Shown in pieces: positions 11,001 to 23,744 of a stretch of 64,000 bases of DNA; position 1 is the stretch's first letter; each line of letters begins with the position of its first letter. The translations under genes and the position numbers were made by a program. The notes beneath the pieces are model-generated. The model saw only the letters and a list, made by a program, of their open reading frames with translations. It was not told the origin of the DNA and did no database searches. The stretch is from Balanoglossus misakiensis (Eukaryota > Animalia > Hemichordata). Location: positions 6,874,699 to 6,938,698 of the forward strand of contig CM082581.2 of NCBI GenBank assembly GCA_040954595.2, in the 5' to 3' direction.

Positions 11001-14000
11001 AACCCTGCAGTGTACTTCAATTTCAAAGGATAAACGTAACCACATAGTTACAAGGTTAGCGTACAACCTACATCAATTTTATTTGCTGGCTGAGTGTATG
11101 TTTTGTGTATAGTCCTTCAGCTTCCCAAGGCAGCCGTCTTTAAGAAGGAACAAAATCAAACTTTTTTTTCTTCTGTTTCCTGTACTTCTAAAACAGTTCA
11201 AGGAGTCAGCACTAGCCAGGCAGTCACTTTATGTCAAGTTTGATCCACTCGTTCAAGGAGGCAGTCCCAAAGGTGTTCAAAAAGGTAAGCTGGACATTTC
11301 TGTGCTTTTGTTGATGAAAATGTCGGTGGGTTGAGTAGGAAAGTCATGATTATCTCTTTCAGTTGTGCCCTGTTTGGCATTATGTGAACCATAAAGAAGG
11401 GAGAAACAGAGACAAAAGTCTTGGCATATGGTCTTTTAATACGAACTATTGGTACATAACCTGGAAAGCAAGCAACACGGATATGTAGCCAATTTGAACC
11501 CACCATGGAGCTTTTGATAGTTTCTCATTACACAAGGAAATGTCCAAGAATTTTTCGCAGTGGGTGTTAGAGGGCGCTGCTTGACTTCAAGAGTGTAAAG
11601 CAAAATGTGAAGTGGTTTCTACAGCAGTACTTGACTTTTCACCCTTTACGAATACCAGAAAATCTCGGGAATTACTTATTTCAACTTGCTGCAATTCGTA
11701 TCAGCATTTTATAAAAGTTAAATGAATGGAAATTGAAAGCAATATGCAGAAATCACCTTTGATGGGCAGTCTGTATTAAACTTTAAGCTGATTCCTCCCT
11801 CGCAAAAAATATTTTTACAAAAGGAAGTGAACAGAACAACAACGGGAAGTGGCTCATGAAACTGGATCTGATTTCCTGAATGATATCTTCGTAGCAGTGC
11901 AGTAGTGCTTAGCAGTGCATGGTTACTTTAGTGAAGTCTCGGGACACAGGACCGATCACATCTTGACCCAGAGCGCTGACATTGTGACAGCCAAGTTCTA
12001 GTTTTAATTAATGCCGTATCAGAGAGATCCACGAGTTTCTATCTTTGGACGGTTGGCAACAGTACACAGACGGGGCCAGCCCGATGATTTATTTGTTTAT
12101 ATTGGTAACAAAACTTTGCCAAGTTGAAGTCGCTGTGGAACTCTGCCAGCCCGAATGAAGTAGGTTCCATCCATGATGGGTGTGATGTGGTCCAATTTCT
12201 TGGCTCTGGTTGTGACACAGCTGGCAGCTTTGTGGGCTAACCCCCCTAGCGGTTCGACCAGTAAGTGTAGCCAGTCTCGGAGTTAGGTCTGCAGGAGGGA
12301 AATTTGGATGCACATTTGTGGGTTAATTTTGAGTAACCTTGACCTTTGTGGAGTGCAAGGGGTCAGGGAATACCTTAGTCTCTCAGTTGGACAACTGACA
12401 TGTTTTCTCTTTTTTTTTTTTTTTAAACCCATTCTATTTTCCCTGTCGCAATAAGAATCCATATGCAGTTCACAGTCATTCCATGCAAGGGACATGGAGT
12501 ATGAGTATCACAATTCTACTTGGGATATTTTAAACGCTACTCTTTTGAAAGCACTGCTATGTTGATCCATTATCAGTGGCCTGTAACCAGCAAGGGAACA
12601 TTTTGCCGTGATTCACAAGAAAAATCACTTAACCCGAGCCCTGTACCCTAATACCACTTTTCAACTCCACATAACAGAATAACAGTTTCACAATAGTCTT
12701 ACCATGTGACAGGTAAAAAAATCCTGTGTATTGTACCTTTTGAAAAAAAAATTGGCACGCTGACAGGAGGAGCATTACATTACATTGTGCATGTAACTTT
12801 TCAGCGAGGGGATTAAATTAATGACAGGTTAACACCGTGTTTACGACAGAGAGAAAGAACGTGTTGCCGAGTCCAGTCGAGCTCTCACAGTCGTCTAACT
12901 TGTGGCGTTTGTGTTCGACACCTTGTTTCCCAGATCCAGTCGCCAGAGCTGCTGCCCTCCCGTCGTTAGGAGAGGATTCTATGGAAGGAGAAGACCTGCT
13001 GCAGATGTCAACGCCCCCTAGCAACAGGACCGCGCTGCAGCAGAACCACTTACTGGCCTCCGTCAAGAAATCCGAGGAGAAGCTGCCCACTCCGGACAGA
13101 GGTGTCGATAAACTTCTACAGTTCAGCCCGTCAGGCGGAGAAATGGTGAGTGTGGTTGGTTTTCAGGCTTGAAATTGAAAATTGTTTTTGATGGTTTAGT
13201 TCAGTTCTATCTACAGAATTGAAGATAGGAAGATGGCTGACAATTACATGATTTGCTAAATAGATATGAGTCATTTACCTAGAGTGGTTTAAAAAATTAC
13301 GCTCTCAGTCTATATGAAGGCTGTGTACACATTTGCAATTGTGCATGTACACTGTACATATAAGATGGATTGTCTCCATCACAAGCCAATTATAGAATTA
13401 TGCAAATTCAGTATGACTCATATCTTCTCGTGTTCATGGAGAAGGCGGCGCCGATTTAGCGTCTATCTGCCAAAATATAATGCATTGTGGTTGATCTGAA
13501 GCCATTGTATCCATCGCATGCGTGTGCGGGTGATACGGCCAAACGTGCCATTGATAACAAGCGAGCCATATACATACAGCACGGTCGGTCTGAAGCTGTG
13601 AGTGACTCTTGCACTGGGGGTGCATTGTGGAATAATACAGGCATTGTTTTGATGTCGCCAGAGGTAACGGAGAAGGCTTTTGGAGCATTTCTCGTTTCGT
13701 ATTCACGCGACCTTGGGGTCACTTTCAGCTATTGTTCACCGCTTTTTTTTTTGTTAGCTGACGATGCTTGGCTATTTTCAACCCACTGGTTACTCTGGGG
13801 CTATCAAAAACTGACAGTTTCCAGCGTCTGCCGTATGGCTTTGTGTTTTGCCCTGTTAAGCGCCTGCCTTGGGTCACAGGTGATACAGTATTTATACGAG
13901 TGGGAAATTAGTCACGTTTTTGTGTGCGAGTCTGTCCCCCTGTCCTTTATTGTGATGCGTGCTTTGCTCAACAAATACATGTATTTTGCTTCTCCCAGGT

Positions 14001-17000
14001 TACAGAGACGGACACACCCAAGAGACCCCAGCCCACTGAGTCTGCCGATGGCGATGATGAAGGCATCGTGCAGGTAGATAAAAACCCAAGAATATCATTC
14101 GCTCGTAAAACGGGTCATTGTCAACCATTGTTGTGACTGTTCATCCTGATCATAACAAGCTGATGAAATGGAGTAGATAGCTGATGAAATAGATAGGCAT
14201 ATGATGAGATGGTGACTCACCATTGTTAGTGGATAATGTCACAAACATTCAGTGCTCAAGCACGCAGCATATATACTGACTGTGTTTTGAGAGCTCTCCC
14301 CTTGACTTCCATGGTAACATTATTTTTAATTAGACAATGCATTGTCCAATGATATGAGTCTAAATAGGCCATGTAATATATATAAATATGCATGAATATT
14401 CATATTATGCATTCAAAATGTTACTGGTATTTCTCTATTTCCAAATTTGCCTGTAACATTTTACCAAATGTGTCACGACACAGTGAGTTTAATTCATAGA
14501 GAAGGGATTAAATTGAAATGCAGGTCATTTATCTAGCAATGAGAACATTTTACCAGTATCTTACTTAGAATAGTGTAACAAAAAGTGTAGGTGTGTGCAT
14601 TGTCTTACTGAATATTTCTGTGTTACAGGCTTTGATGCAAGAATAAACTTGGTGAATTTTGTGTGTAGAAAGGGTTAGAACAGTCTAACCACTGTGTTCT
14701 TCTACACACTTGCACAGTCCACTGCCATGCTGGTATTTAAAGTATTGTGTTGGTTACACCACACCCCTTTAATGCAATAGAACTGTCTGTGAAGGTGAAA
14801 ATTGGACAAAGATTTGTTTGTTAGCTCTATTTTTCCCCCAAAATTTAAATTTAGCGTTTTGTTAATGGGTTGTGGTGAAAGTTAAGATAGATTTTAGAAT
14901 GATAAAATGAAAAGAAAGGTTTTCTATTTATCACACTTTTCTGGGTCATTAAATTTCTCCACCTTTAAATTTCCCAAAAGTCAAGCACCTACAGATGACC
15001 TATTTTTTCCTTTAAACCGTGCAATCACAATAGTCCACTTTGCTGCAGGTGATTTAACAGTGTATTGCACTCAAGTGGGTCATAAAGAGCAGTACAATTT
15101 TTGCCCCAAAAGATCAAATATTTCTGAAGGTATAATCTTGTTTGATGTGCATGTACCATGTACTAGTTTAGTGTAGTGTAAATACGGTTGAATTATATGT
15201 AAACAGTGAAACCCAGATAACTTTCAATCCGGTTAAAAGGTGACAATGACTTCCAACATTTTTTCAGGAGCCAGCTCATGTTTAATAGTTTGTAGCAGAA
15301 GACATTTTCCTTGTAATCAGACTTTGATAGTTTATTACCGAAATTTAGATTTTTAAATCAGTTAAAATTGTACAAATTGAAAGTAAATATCTTACAGAAC
15401 TACAATTTGTCACCAGTTTTCAACATTACATAAAAATATATGCTTATACTGCTGACACTCAAAATTCAAAATTGTAATTGCTAGCAGAAAGTGACTATTA
15501 AAGCCAAAAATAAACAAAAAATGATTTCAGAGGGTACAAAACAAATGTATGTATGTAAAACTACTGCATCGTCATAAGTATGATTTTAGTTTTGTCATGC
15601 ATTGACGCAGAGCTATTTTTGTTTCGTTCCATATTAACAGCCACTGCTGTATACGCAGCTGGATCTCAACGAAGCTCTCAAAAGAGCGAGGGAAGATTTC
15701 ATGAGAGAGGTAAGATGGCCATTTTGGTTTTTAGTGAAGTTAGTAAACTTCAATTCTCTGACCATGTGGTCAGCTTGTATTGTATCATAGTAGTCATGAA
15801 TTCGAATAAACCATGACACAAACCCCACTTGAGACAAATGACAGTGGATGTTTCTCTATCACTCTCACATGATGCAGTGTTTCATCTAGACTGGGTGATT
15901 CATACTCTGTTGACATTTGGCACGGCCTGGCAATTTTTCTCTAAGTTTTGTTGCAATCCCTCCTAACTCCCAATTTTAATTTCTGTTTCCCACCTGCTGT
16001 ACAGATGGAAAAGAAGGATAATGAGCACATCAGGATCTTCAAAGAATATGAGGAGTTGCAACAGCAAAATTTAGAAATGAGGTAAGAAGATCCATGCCCA
16101 CCTCCTAAATCCCCGGTATATTTTTGCAACGTACTTTGTGACCTGGAAGAATTTATTGCAGTTTTATGGCAATTCGTGGCATTTTCTTTTTTCTTTTTAC
16201 TTCAATGCACTCATCCTTGGACAGGGGGTGGTCCCTGCATTGTGTCATAGGTCACTAGGGGGTCAGGGTTCACAAGGGCTACCCGGTAACACTGGTTCTT
16301 GTACCATTTATTTTCTTTTTCTGCAGGACTATAGTGTCAGAATATGAAAAGACAATCCAGCAAATGATTGGTAAGTATATGATACATGTAGGTGTACTCA
16401 TTTTCTGAAAAATCCATATTCTGGGGTGTATCGGACTGTTGAACAAGATGAAAAGTTGAAATCAGCTCAATTACAGCAAATAGCCAAAATTGACAATTTG
16501 GGGAGAAAGTACTTGCTTTAACAGCCAACCAACTGCACAACCGCAACTTAAATTTTGTCTCTTTGTTGAACAGAGGATAGTGACAAGGGCAAAACAGTAA
16601 GCAAGGAAGCTCTGACTGAAATGCAGAGAGAACGAGACCAAGCATTGGAAGACATGTCGTCTGTTGAATCAGCCTTCAGTGATCTGCACAGGAGATACGA
16701 AAAATTAAAAACTGCTGTCGAAGGCTACAAAAAGGTAAAGATTATGTGAACAAATTCACATAATGAAAAAAATAAACATTTTTTCTCTTGACAATAGTCA
16801 TTTTCACAAAATGTTATTTGTTTTCATTTTGCAATTTGTATATGATCGTATTGATCTTAATATATTACGACATCGTTCTGTGTGTTGAGTATGTACAGCT
16901 TTTCTTCCTCTGTGTGCTAATTATTGTGACTGTTTGCCTCTCCACGCAGAACGAGGAGATTCTGAAGAAGTGTGTGGCAGACTACCAGGCCAAGTTGAAG

Positions 17001-17516
17001 AAACAGGAACAGCGATATCAAACGCTGAAATCACATGCAGAGGAAAAGATTGAAAGGTTAGTGGTAATCTTATATTGGGCTGCAGCTGTCCCTAAAAATC
17101 TCATTACAGAAAGGTTTTGTTGTCGAGCTACAGGTTTGACACAGATTTTCCACTGGATATTCTTTGTAAGAACCCTGTGTGTGACATTTCCATCTTTCTT
17201 TCAGTGCAAATCTGGAGATTGAGAAGGTACGAAAAGCCAACTCGGCAGAGATCGCCGGTCTCCAAGCGGGACTCAAGAGAGAACAGATGAAAGTGCAGAG
17301 CTTAGAAAGGACAGTAGATCAAAAGGTATGTGTCAGTCGTATCATCCTCTCTCTGTCCATGTAGTCAGGTGGGAACTGGCATTTCAACATCATAGACTGA
17401 ACAATGATCTACAGTGAATCTTTGGTGACATTGTTATTTGTTCTTTGATCTTTCAGACAAAAGAGAACCAGGAGTTGACGAGTATATGTGACGAGCTCAT
17501 AGCAAAGATGGCATAG
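2094..17516 (+). CDS. TACC: Transforming acidic coiled-coil (TACC) family protein, 5'-partial, multi-exon
   Basis: Phase-consistent GT-AG exons: 2094-2293, 2547-4745, 5002-5111, [cassettes 5887-5967, 7544-7615, 9225-9305], 10684-10751, 11197-11284, 12934-13145, 13999-14073, 15641-15709, 16005-16081, 16327-16370, 16574-16734, 16950-17056, 17205-17325, 17457-17516 (TAG). Encodes [19 protein letters not shown] (TACC3 S558 Aurora-A site region) and the C-terminal TACC coiled coil ([25 protein letters not shown]...NEEILKKC...[13 protein letters not shown]...[17 protein letters not shown]). The N-terminal part is highly acidic with two DPF..K..NSP/SSP repeats. Confidence 0.95.
3261..3662 (+). repeat. 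Coding tandem repeat: 33-bp/11-aa units in 132-bp higher-order blocks inside the large TACC exon
   Basis: About 12 units: [134 protein letters not shown]. Confidence 0.95.
5887..5967 (+). CDS. TACC: TACC cassette exon A (81 nt, phase 1-1): (A)[26 protein letters not shown]
   Basis: Pyrimidine tract plus tcgtag acceptor; GAAG|gtacaa donor; open in TACC frame; end resembles the end of exon 5002-5111. Confidence 0.75.
7544..7615 (+). CDS. TACC: TACC cassette exon B (72 nt, phase 1-1): (G)[23 protein letters not shown]
   Basis: First AG after an AG-free zone at 7313-7541 containing ctgac/ctaac branch-like motifs; GAAG|gtaggc donor; purine-rich, open frame. Confidence 0.7.
9225..9305 (+). CDS. 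TACC: TACC cassette exon C (81 nt, phase 1-1): (A)[26 protein letters not shown]
   Basis: First AG after an AG-free, pyrimidine-rich zone at 9008-9222; GAAG|gtacag donor; open acidic frame. Confidence 0.75.
10165..10209. repeat. 15-bp tandem repeat x3 (GTGAAACCTCGTCTG)
   Basis: Two exact copies and one single-mismatch copy read directly. Confidence 0.9.
12173..12260 (+). CDS. Candidate alternative first coding exon of a short TACC isoform: [29 protein letters not shown]
   Basis: ATG at 12173, 88 nt open to a consensus donor CA|gtaagt; phase 1 matches the phase-1 acceptor of exon 12934. Confidence 0.45.
13835..13879 (+). CDS. Candidate alternative first coding exon of a shorter TACC isoform: [15 protein letters not shown]
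   Basis: ATG at 13835, 45 nt to CAG|gtgata; phase 0 matches exon 13999; upstream 13430-13830 is locally CpG-rich. Confidence 0.3.
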
Positions 17517-20270
17517 ACCACCCGCATGTGTGTGTGCACTGCCTATAGAGTGGCAGCCCCCCACTCCCAACCAATCTGCCCAAGCACAAACACAGTTCAG
17601 CCTGAACTATGATGTTAAAACACAGCTGCAAAGAGTTGTTTTCTCCGAGATTTGGAATACGGATGCATATCGGACACTTTTTAAAAAAAAATTGATTTGA
17701 TTCTCAAGAGCCTTGTCTGTTGTGTCTTTGTGTTTTGTGATGGATACTTCAGCAAGTACGGTGTGCGACTTCAAGGCCAAGAAACTCATCTCGGATCATG
17801 GACCAGGTTGCCTGTGTGACAGATATTCTGATAGCGTCTGCGGATGACGCCTGATGATCTCACTTGATAATTTTAGTGCGTAGTCGAACACTGGCTTTTT
17901 GCTTTCTATCAAACCTATTGTCTCTCCAGTAATTTCTTCATTCTACAACTGTTTTTTTTCTCCCCAGACTCCCTGAGAATGTAGCCCCTTTTAGTTTACA
18001 GCTTACCTGGTTCACTAAGAACACTGAAGCTTTCGTCCCTATTTTCAGCCGACAAATGAATACATAGCTTTGATGTGTGCTGTTTGCGGGTTTTCACATC
18101 CTTGGTGTGAAATCTCATCTGACATGACTAGAATATCCAAGTTGAATTTCATTCAGCATTCTCTTACATTTTGTGCTTCCTTTCTGTCACCTTTTTTCTT
18201 TCCTCTTTTATACACACATCTTGCACGCATTATTTCTGTAAAATATGTTCATATGATGAATTTGCATTTCTTTGTAAAAAACAAATTAATTCCTTGGTTG
18301 CCATAACCATTCTATTGTACAGTCTCTTAGCTCCACACCTTGACTAAACTTGCATCATAATCTCAGTGTTTTTACTTTCAGTAAATTTTCTTGTAACTAG
18401 ATACGATAAAGGATGATTAGGAGAATTTTTTCTATGTAATAAAAATTTATTAAATGTATGTACACAGTTTATTAAATTTAGACGTGGAAGTTTAAATATT
18501 TAATAATTAGACTTTTGGTTGCATGGCCATGGCTAGTTTGTTTTCTCAAGTAAGTTCATTTCGAAAATATTGAGCATACCCTGCATCTCTTGCTAAACAA
18601 TGAGGCTCACATTAGAATTGATTAAAATACTGTTTGAGTGAAGCTCTAAGTTTTGAAGAATAGTTTTCTTTCTAATCAGGGAGAGATTAAGAAATCCTAA
18701 TTTTATGTTCAAGATATTTATTTTTGTGTTTTTGTGAGGAAGGGACTGGTTCTTTATCTTATCATAGTACATGTACACTGATTTTTGACTCGGAAACAAG
18801 TGCAAACATTTTCGTGGTATGATACTTCTGTTATAGTGGCGAGGAAACTTTGAAATATTTCATAAAGGTTGTTTTATTTGCAACTGATATTCTGTAGCAA
18901 TTCCTCCATGAGTAGTTGCTTTATGAGAACTGGCCACATGCACACACAAATGCCGATAATTATATTTTTTTTCTCAAAATCAAATATTTGAGAAATGCAA
19001 TGTAGACATGCAGGTATATACATTTGAGAAAATAAATCCAATGGCAAACGTAATCTCTTCATCACAGTTTTTAAAAAGTAGCACAGTCATTAATGCTCAA
19101 AACCCAGTACATAAGTCGATATTTAGTTGGAATGTGAAATATTCAGAAATTCGAGAATCGATTGTGCATATTAAAAACCAGAGTTTTTGTTGGCAGGGAA
19201 AATGAACTGACCTTGGTTAAGCTGTCATATGTGAGGGCCCTGTTTGGAGGAGACAGACACAGTCTTTGTGTAATATATATATGTCATGTTTTGCAAAAAC
19301 CTTTATAAAAAAAGAGAAACGAATGAATGAAGACTCAACATTACAAACTTTAAAAAAGATGAATGTCCAAGTGGTCGTAATAGTTCTGAGTTACATTGTT
19401 GGGCTGTTTGTTCTGTACGTACATATTGTGTAAAATGTTCAAAAATGTTGAGGTATGCAAAGCAAAGAACATCAGAACTGTTCGTTTCTTAGCCAAGCAG
19501 CATTTTAAAAGGAGATTTGGAATCGATGTGATTTATTTTGGAGTCTGGGTGCAAGAGTTCTGTAATAAAACCTAATTTTTTGTAGTAAAAATCTTTGAGT
19601 TTTGCAACCATTATGGTATTTAGAAAAATGAATACATCTATAAAATTGTGGTGACTGATCTCGATGTTGTCATCACACTGATAAAAAATTTCACAGCCTA
19701 ACAAGTCAGTGAGGGAAGAATGATCCATGATCATCAAGGATGTGTTGAAGGCTTGTTTGTTTTTTTGTTTTTTAAAAAGATTGTCTGCACCTGTGTTTAG
19801 GGGCAGTTGCACTATTTCTAGTGATGCGAGTTTCGTAGATGGCATTAATGGGTAAACACTGTGGTGCGTTGTCAGGTGTCCCCCAACACATTTTTATAAT
19901 GTTGGCTGTCTTTAAGCTGTCATATTTTGCTGCATTTAATACTGGAAAAAATCCTATCAGAAATAAAACACCTTTTGTTTTGCCATGTAAAAAATGTGTG
20001 CGAGCTTGTGTCATATTGTTGATGCGTCACAGTCTGTAAGACTTTTCCCTTCCAAGACCTTTTATCGTGAAATGCTGGAAAGATATGTATGCAACAGAGA
20101 ACATGTCTGGCTGGTCAAGTTGCTCCCATAACATGCATACAAGTTTAAACTGATTTAAAAAAAAATATATGAACAGAACTGATGGGGTCGCCATACAACC
20201 AAGGGTGACCACTTAGCTGCTCAGTACACAACAGGTTGAAGTTTTAACAGTGTGCTAGGGAGTCTAACCA

Positions 20271-23200
20271 ATGATGGCTTCCTGGTACGATAGCTGTTCG
20301 GATGTCAAAGGTGTTTTATTGGACATTTCGGGAGTACTCTATGACAGCGGTAGTGATGGAGGCATTCCTATTCCAGGATCTATAGATGCTGTCAAAAGGT
20401 ACGCAAAATTCGGACATTTTCGACACTTGAGCAAGTGTACATGATGTAGTGGTGAAGTTGAACGTCTAGCTCTTCATTGATTTGGACTGGAGTGTCTACA
20501 TATGCGGTGCGGACGGTGGCTGTATTTCCACATGCTATAACCACAGTCACGTTCATATTGTGAGCACTGCCAGGTGAATTTGCAGCTACGTGAATTTGGC
20601 TGTCACAATAAAAGTTTGCCATGAGTCTGAGGTGAATGCTATCAGTCAATGTCAAACCAGGTCACAAACACACTAGTAGAGAACGCCCTCACCGTCACTA
20701 TATTATATAAGCCTGCACTTCCACGTGCAAGCCATGTGCATGATGGAGCGCACGTAGCCAGTTACAAAGTGGGAGATTTATGGTTTGTATCTGAAGTGTT
20801 TATGAGTTTTCTTTAGAATGTTTGTAGTTTTCAAGCCAAATATATTTTGTCTAGTTTTACTTTGAAAAAAAACCCTCCGTAATTACACCTGTTGAATGAA
20901 ATATTTGATAGATTTCTGAGTGATCTATTTCAACATGCTAATTGCTTTTTGTAAAAGTCAAGTTCTCCTTTTTCATGCGTATTTTTCTTCACCCAGTTTA
21001 TTTTATATTCTCTTACAACACAGGTTGAAATCCTCAGATCTACAAGTCAGATTTTGTACGAATGAATCACAAATTACTAGAGAAAAATTAGTGGCAAAGT
21101 TGACCAGACTTGGCTTTGACATTGAGGCCAAAGAAGTGGTTGCACCAGCTCCCGCAGTGTGTCATGTGATGAAGGAAAGGGGTCTTCGACCTCATCTTCT
21201 AGTTCATCCAGGTATGTACATATATATATCGTCCAACCTTTTCACATGGTACTTTCTTCTTTTTCATCTGAGTGGTCAGGTTTTAATACACACTGAATTT
21301 CATACCCAAGGGACCCAGTCCTATAAAATTCTTCCTGAAATAAATACCATGTAATTTCATGAATCCATAGATAGCTTGTATTCAATTTTAGAGATCAGTT
21401 AAACATTACGGGGATAGTTGGACTGCATAGCCTTAGCCCTCACAAAAGTTACATTCAGCTGTTTGGTGTTTGGTCATACCTACATACATACATACTAGTA
21501 CATGCTGACAAATAGAGAGAAAGACATTCATTCATTCATTCATTCATTCATTCATTCATTCATTCATTCATTCATTCATTCATTCATTCATTCATTCATT
21601 CATCCAGATTCCCTCCCAGAGTACACTGGGATTGATCAGAGTAACCCGAACTGTGTTGTCATTGGTGACGCTGCTGATACATTCTCCTACAACAATGTGA
21701 ATGCAGCATTCCAAGTTCTAATGAGTCTGGATAAGCCAGTGTTGATATCGCTGGGCAGAGGGTAAGTAGCAGTTCTCATAACTCGCTAATCACTGCAGAC
21801 CTTTGTAATCTGACAACCTTCATTATACGGACATATTTCTGCTGTCCATAAAGAATGGTCTGCAGGCATCACAGTTGAACTGATTATTATGAAAATATGT
21901 TTTGAACTCGATAAACTGGCATTGTGAGAAATAATATTCAAAGAAAATAGTAATGCTTTAATATTTTTTTATTGTATCCTCCAGAAAATACTATAAGGAG
22001 ACAGATGGACTCAAATTGGATGTTGGTGCCTACATGAAGGCCTTAGAGGTGAGGAATGTCATTTTTTTTATCTCTGTGGTAATTTCTTTGTTTCTGGACA
22101 ATATACCAGGAGAAGCAGGACTAAGATTCGCTGGATGTTGCAGTTCAAATCAGTGCAATTTTGAAAGACATTGTGGCATGTTAATATAGTTCTGGCAGTA
22201 TCATGGACCGCCAACAAGTCATATGATTCTATTTACCTGTTTTCTGTTCACAGTATTCCTGTGACTGCCAAGCTGAGGTTGTCGGCAAACCATCACAAGC
22301 GTTCTTTACGTCTGCTCTCAATGACATGGGTGTCACAGCTCAAAATGTAAGTCTATCTTGAATTAAGCTGAATTAATTAAACACTCGTGTATTTCCAAAG
22401 CTTTACTTTGATAATAATTGTACTTGTCTGCTGTGTACAGTATTTTTATGTCAAGTTTTGTTTTGTTCTGTTTTGTTTGTAGGCCATCATGGTGGGTGAC
22501 GACATTGTCAATGATATCGGTGGCGCTCAGAAGTGTGGCATGCGAGGATTGCAAGTCAGAACAGGAAAATATCGGTTAGTAATAAAAAATCACAAACTAG
22601 CTTGTATAGATTATTATTACGCAGCTTCCATAACCTATGGCATATATCATGTGATATAATTTCCATATTCATACAGTATGTAGATTGGCAATGCGGCTGA
22701 TATGTTTCTGTGTATGAAACATTCTGTTTGGCTCACACACATACATGTACACACACACACACACACTAACATAACGACCCACTGTTTAAATACACACATG
22801 ACATAGGCCAAAAATCGCAACATTTATCCCTCTATAGTTACCCATACCAAAGCCTTGTAAATGTCTTTTGTAGTGAGTAGCATTTATATGCAGAAGTTTT
22901 GAGTCAAATGAGGTTCATATACTGTCACGGTTCAGTCAAAGATGACATTATGTACAATGACATGGCAGTAATCCAAAGATGGTGTTTTCCACACTCAAAA
23001 ATAATGACATATTAAAACACAGAAATGTTTAGTGTAGTGTTGTAATAAGCTGGCTACATTTACTGGAGTGAATGTACTGCCTACCCAAACCAGTGTTATG
23101 TTAATAAACAGCTACTTTGCATGTATAAAAATTGTTACCGCATGGGATTTTATGAAACTTGCTAGAGATACTGAATCGTAGGGATAGGACCATATAACAA

Positions 23201-23408
23201 GAGCCGAGTTGCTCTGAATGACTGTGTGTACTAGTAGTTTCATGAGAGATTATTTTAGCAAAATCACGCCAGCCTATTCAGTTTACGTCTGGTTCTGTTT
23301 TCTTTCTGCAGACCATCAGATGAAAACCACCCGGACGTTAAACCTGATGGCTATGTGGATAATCTAGCTCAAGCAGTGGATCTGCTCTTGAAAAATAGAG
23401 GAAAATAA
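20271..23408 (+). CDS. LHPP: Phospholysine phosphohistidine inorganic pyrophosphate phosphatase (HAD class IIA)
   Basis: Seven phase-consistent exons: 20271-20398, 21024-21211, 21608-21761, 21985-22048, 22254-22346, 22483-22574, 23312-23408 (TAA). Motifs [16 protein letters not shown] (LHPP-type DxS motif I), [89 protein letters not shown]. Confidence 0.97.
21525..21603 (+). repeat. (CATT)19 microsatellite directly abutting the LHPP exon 3 acceptor
   Basis: Perfect CATT run ending in CATCCAG|ATT at 21607/21608. Confidence 0.97.
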
Positions 23409-23627
23409 TTAGGAGAGCTGAAGTTTCATTGAAGATATTTTATTTTGGACAGATGCTATTTTAAAATGAAAATATGATTTTCAGAGTTCATTAGCTCTTG
23501 TAGTCACATGTGAATATCAACAAACTCCAGACGGATAACACCCAGTAGTTTGAAAGTTTCATTATAGGCCTGGGTACCAAGTGTAAATTTACCATATATG
23601 CAAGGTAGTGTGTAGGGTTTTATCTGC

Positions 23628-23633
23628 AATAAA
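23628..23633 (+). terminator. Likely LHPP polyadenylation signal AATAAA
   Basis: AATAAA 220 nt after the LHPP stop, followed by a GT-rich stretch (tgtgttgtgtttg). Confidence 0.6.
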
Positions 23634-23738
23634 ATCATCGAAGTCGTACCAGCAAATGTGTTGTGTTTGCTGCAACATGCCACTTGTTATCTATCTGACA
23701 AACTACAGAGTGAGACATCTTTTGGTTTTAAAAATAGT

Positions 23739-23744
23739 TTTATT
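23739..23744 (-). terminator. Candidate distal polyadenylation signal of the NDRG-like gene
   Basis: TTTATT on + (AATAAA on -) about 105 nt from the LHPP signal; convergent geometry. Confidence 0.4.
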
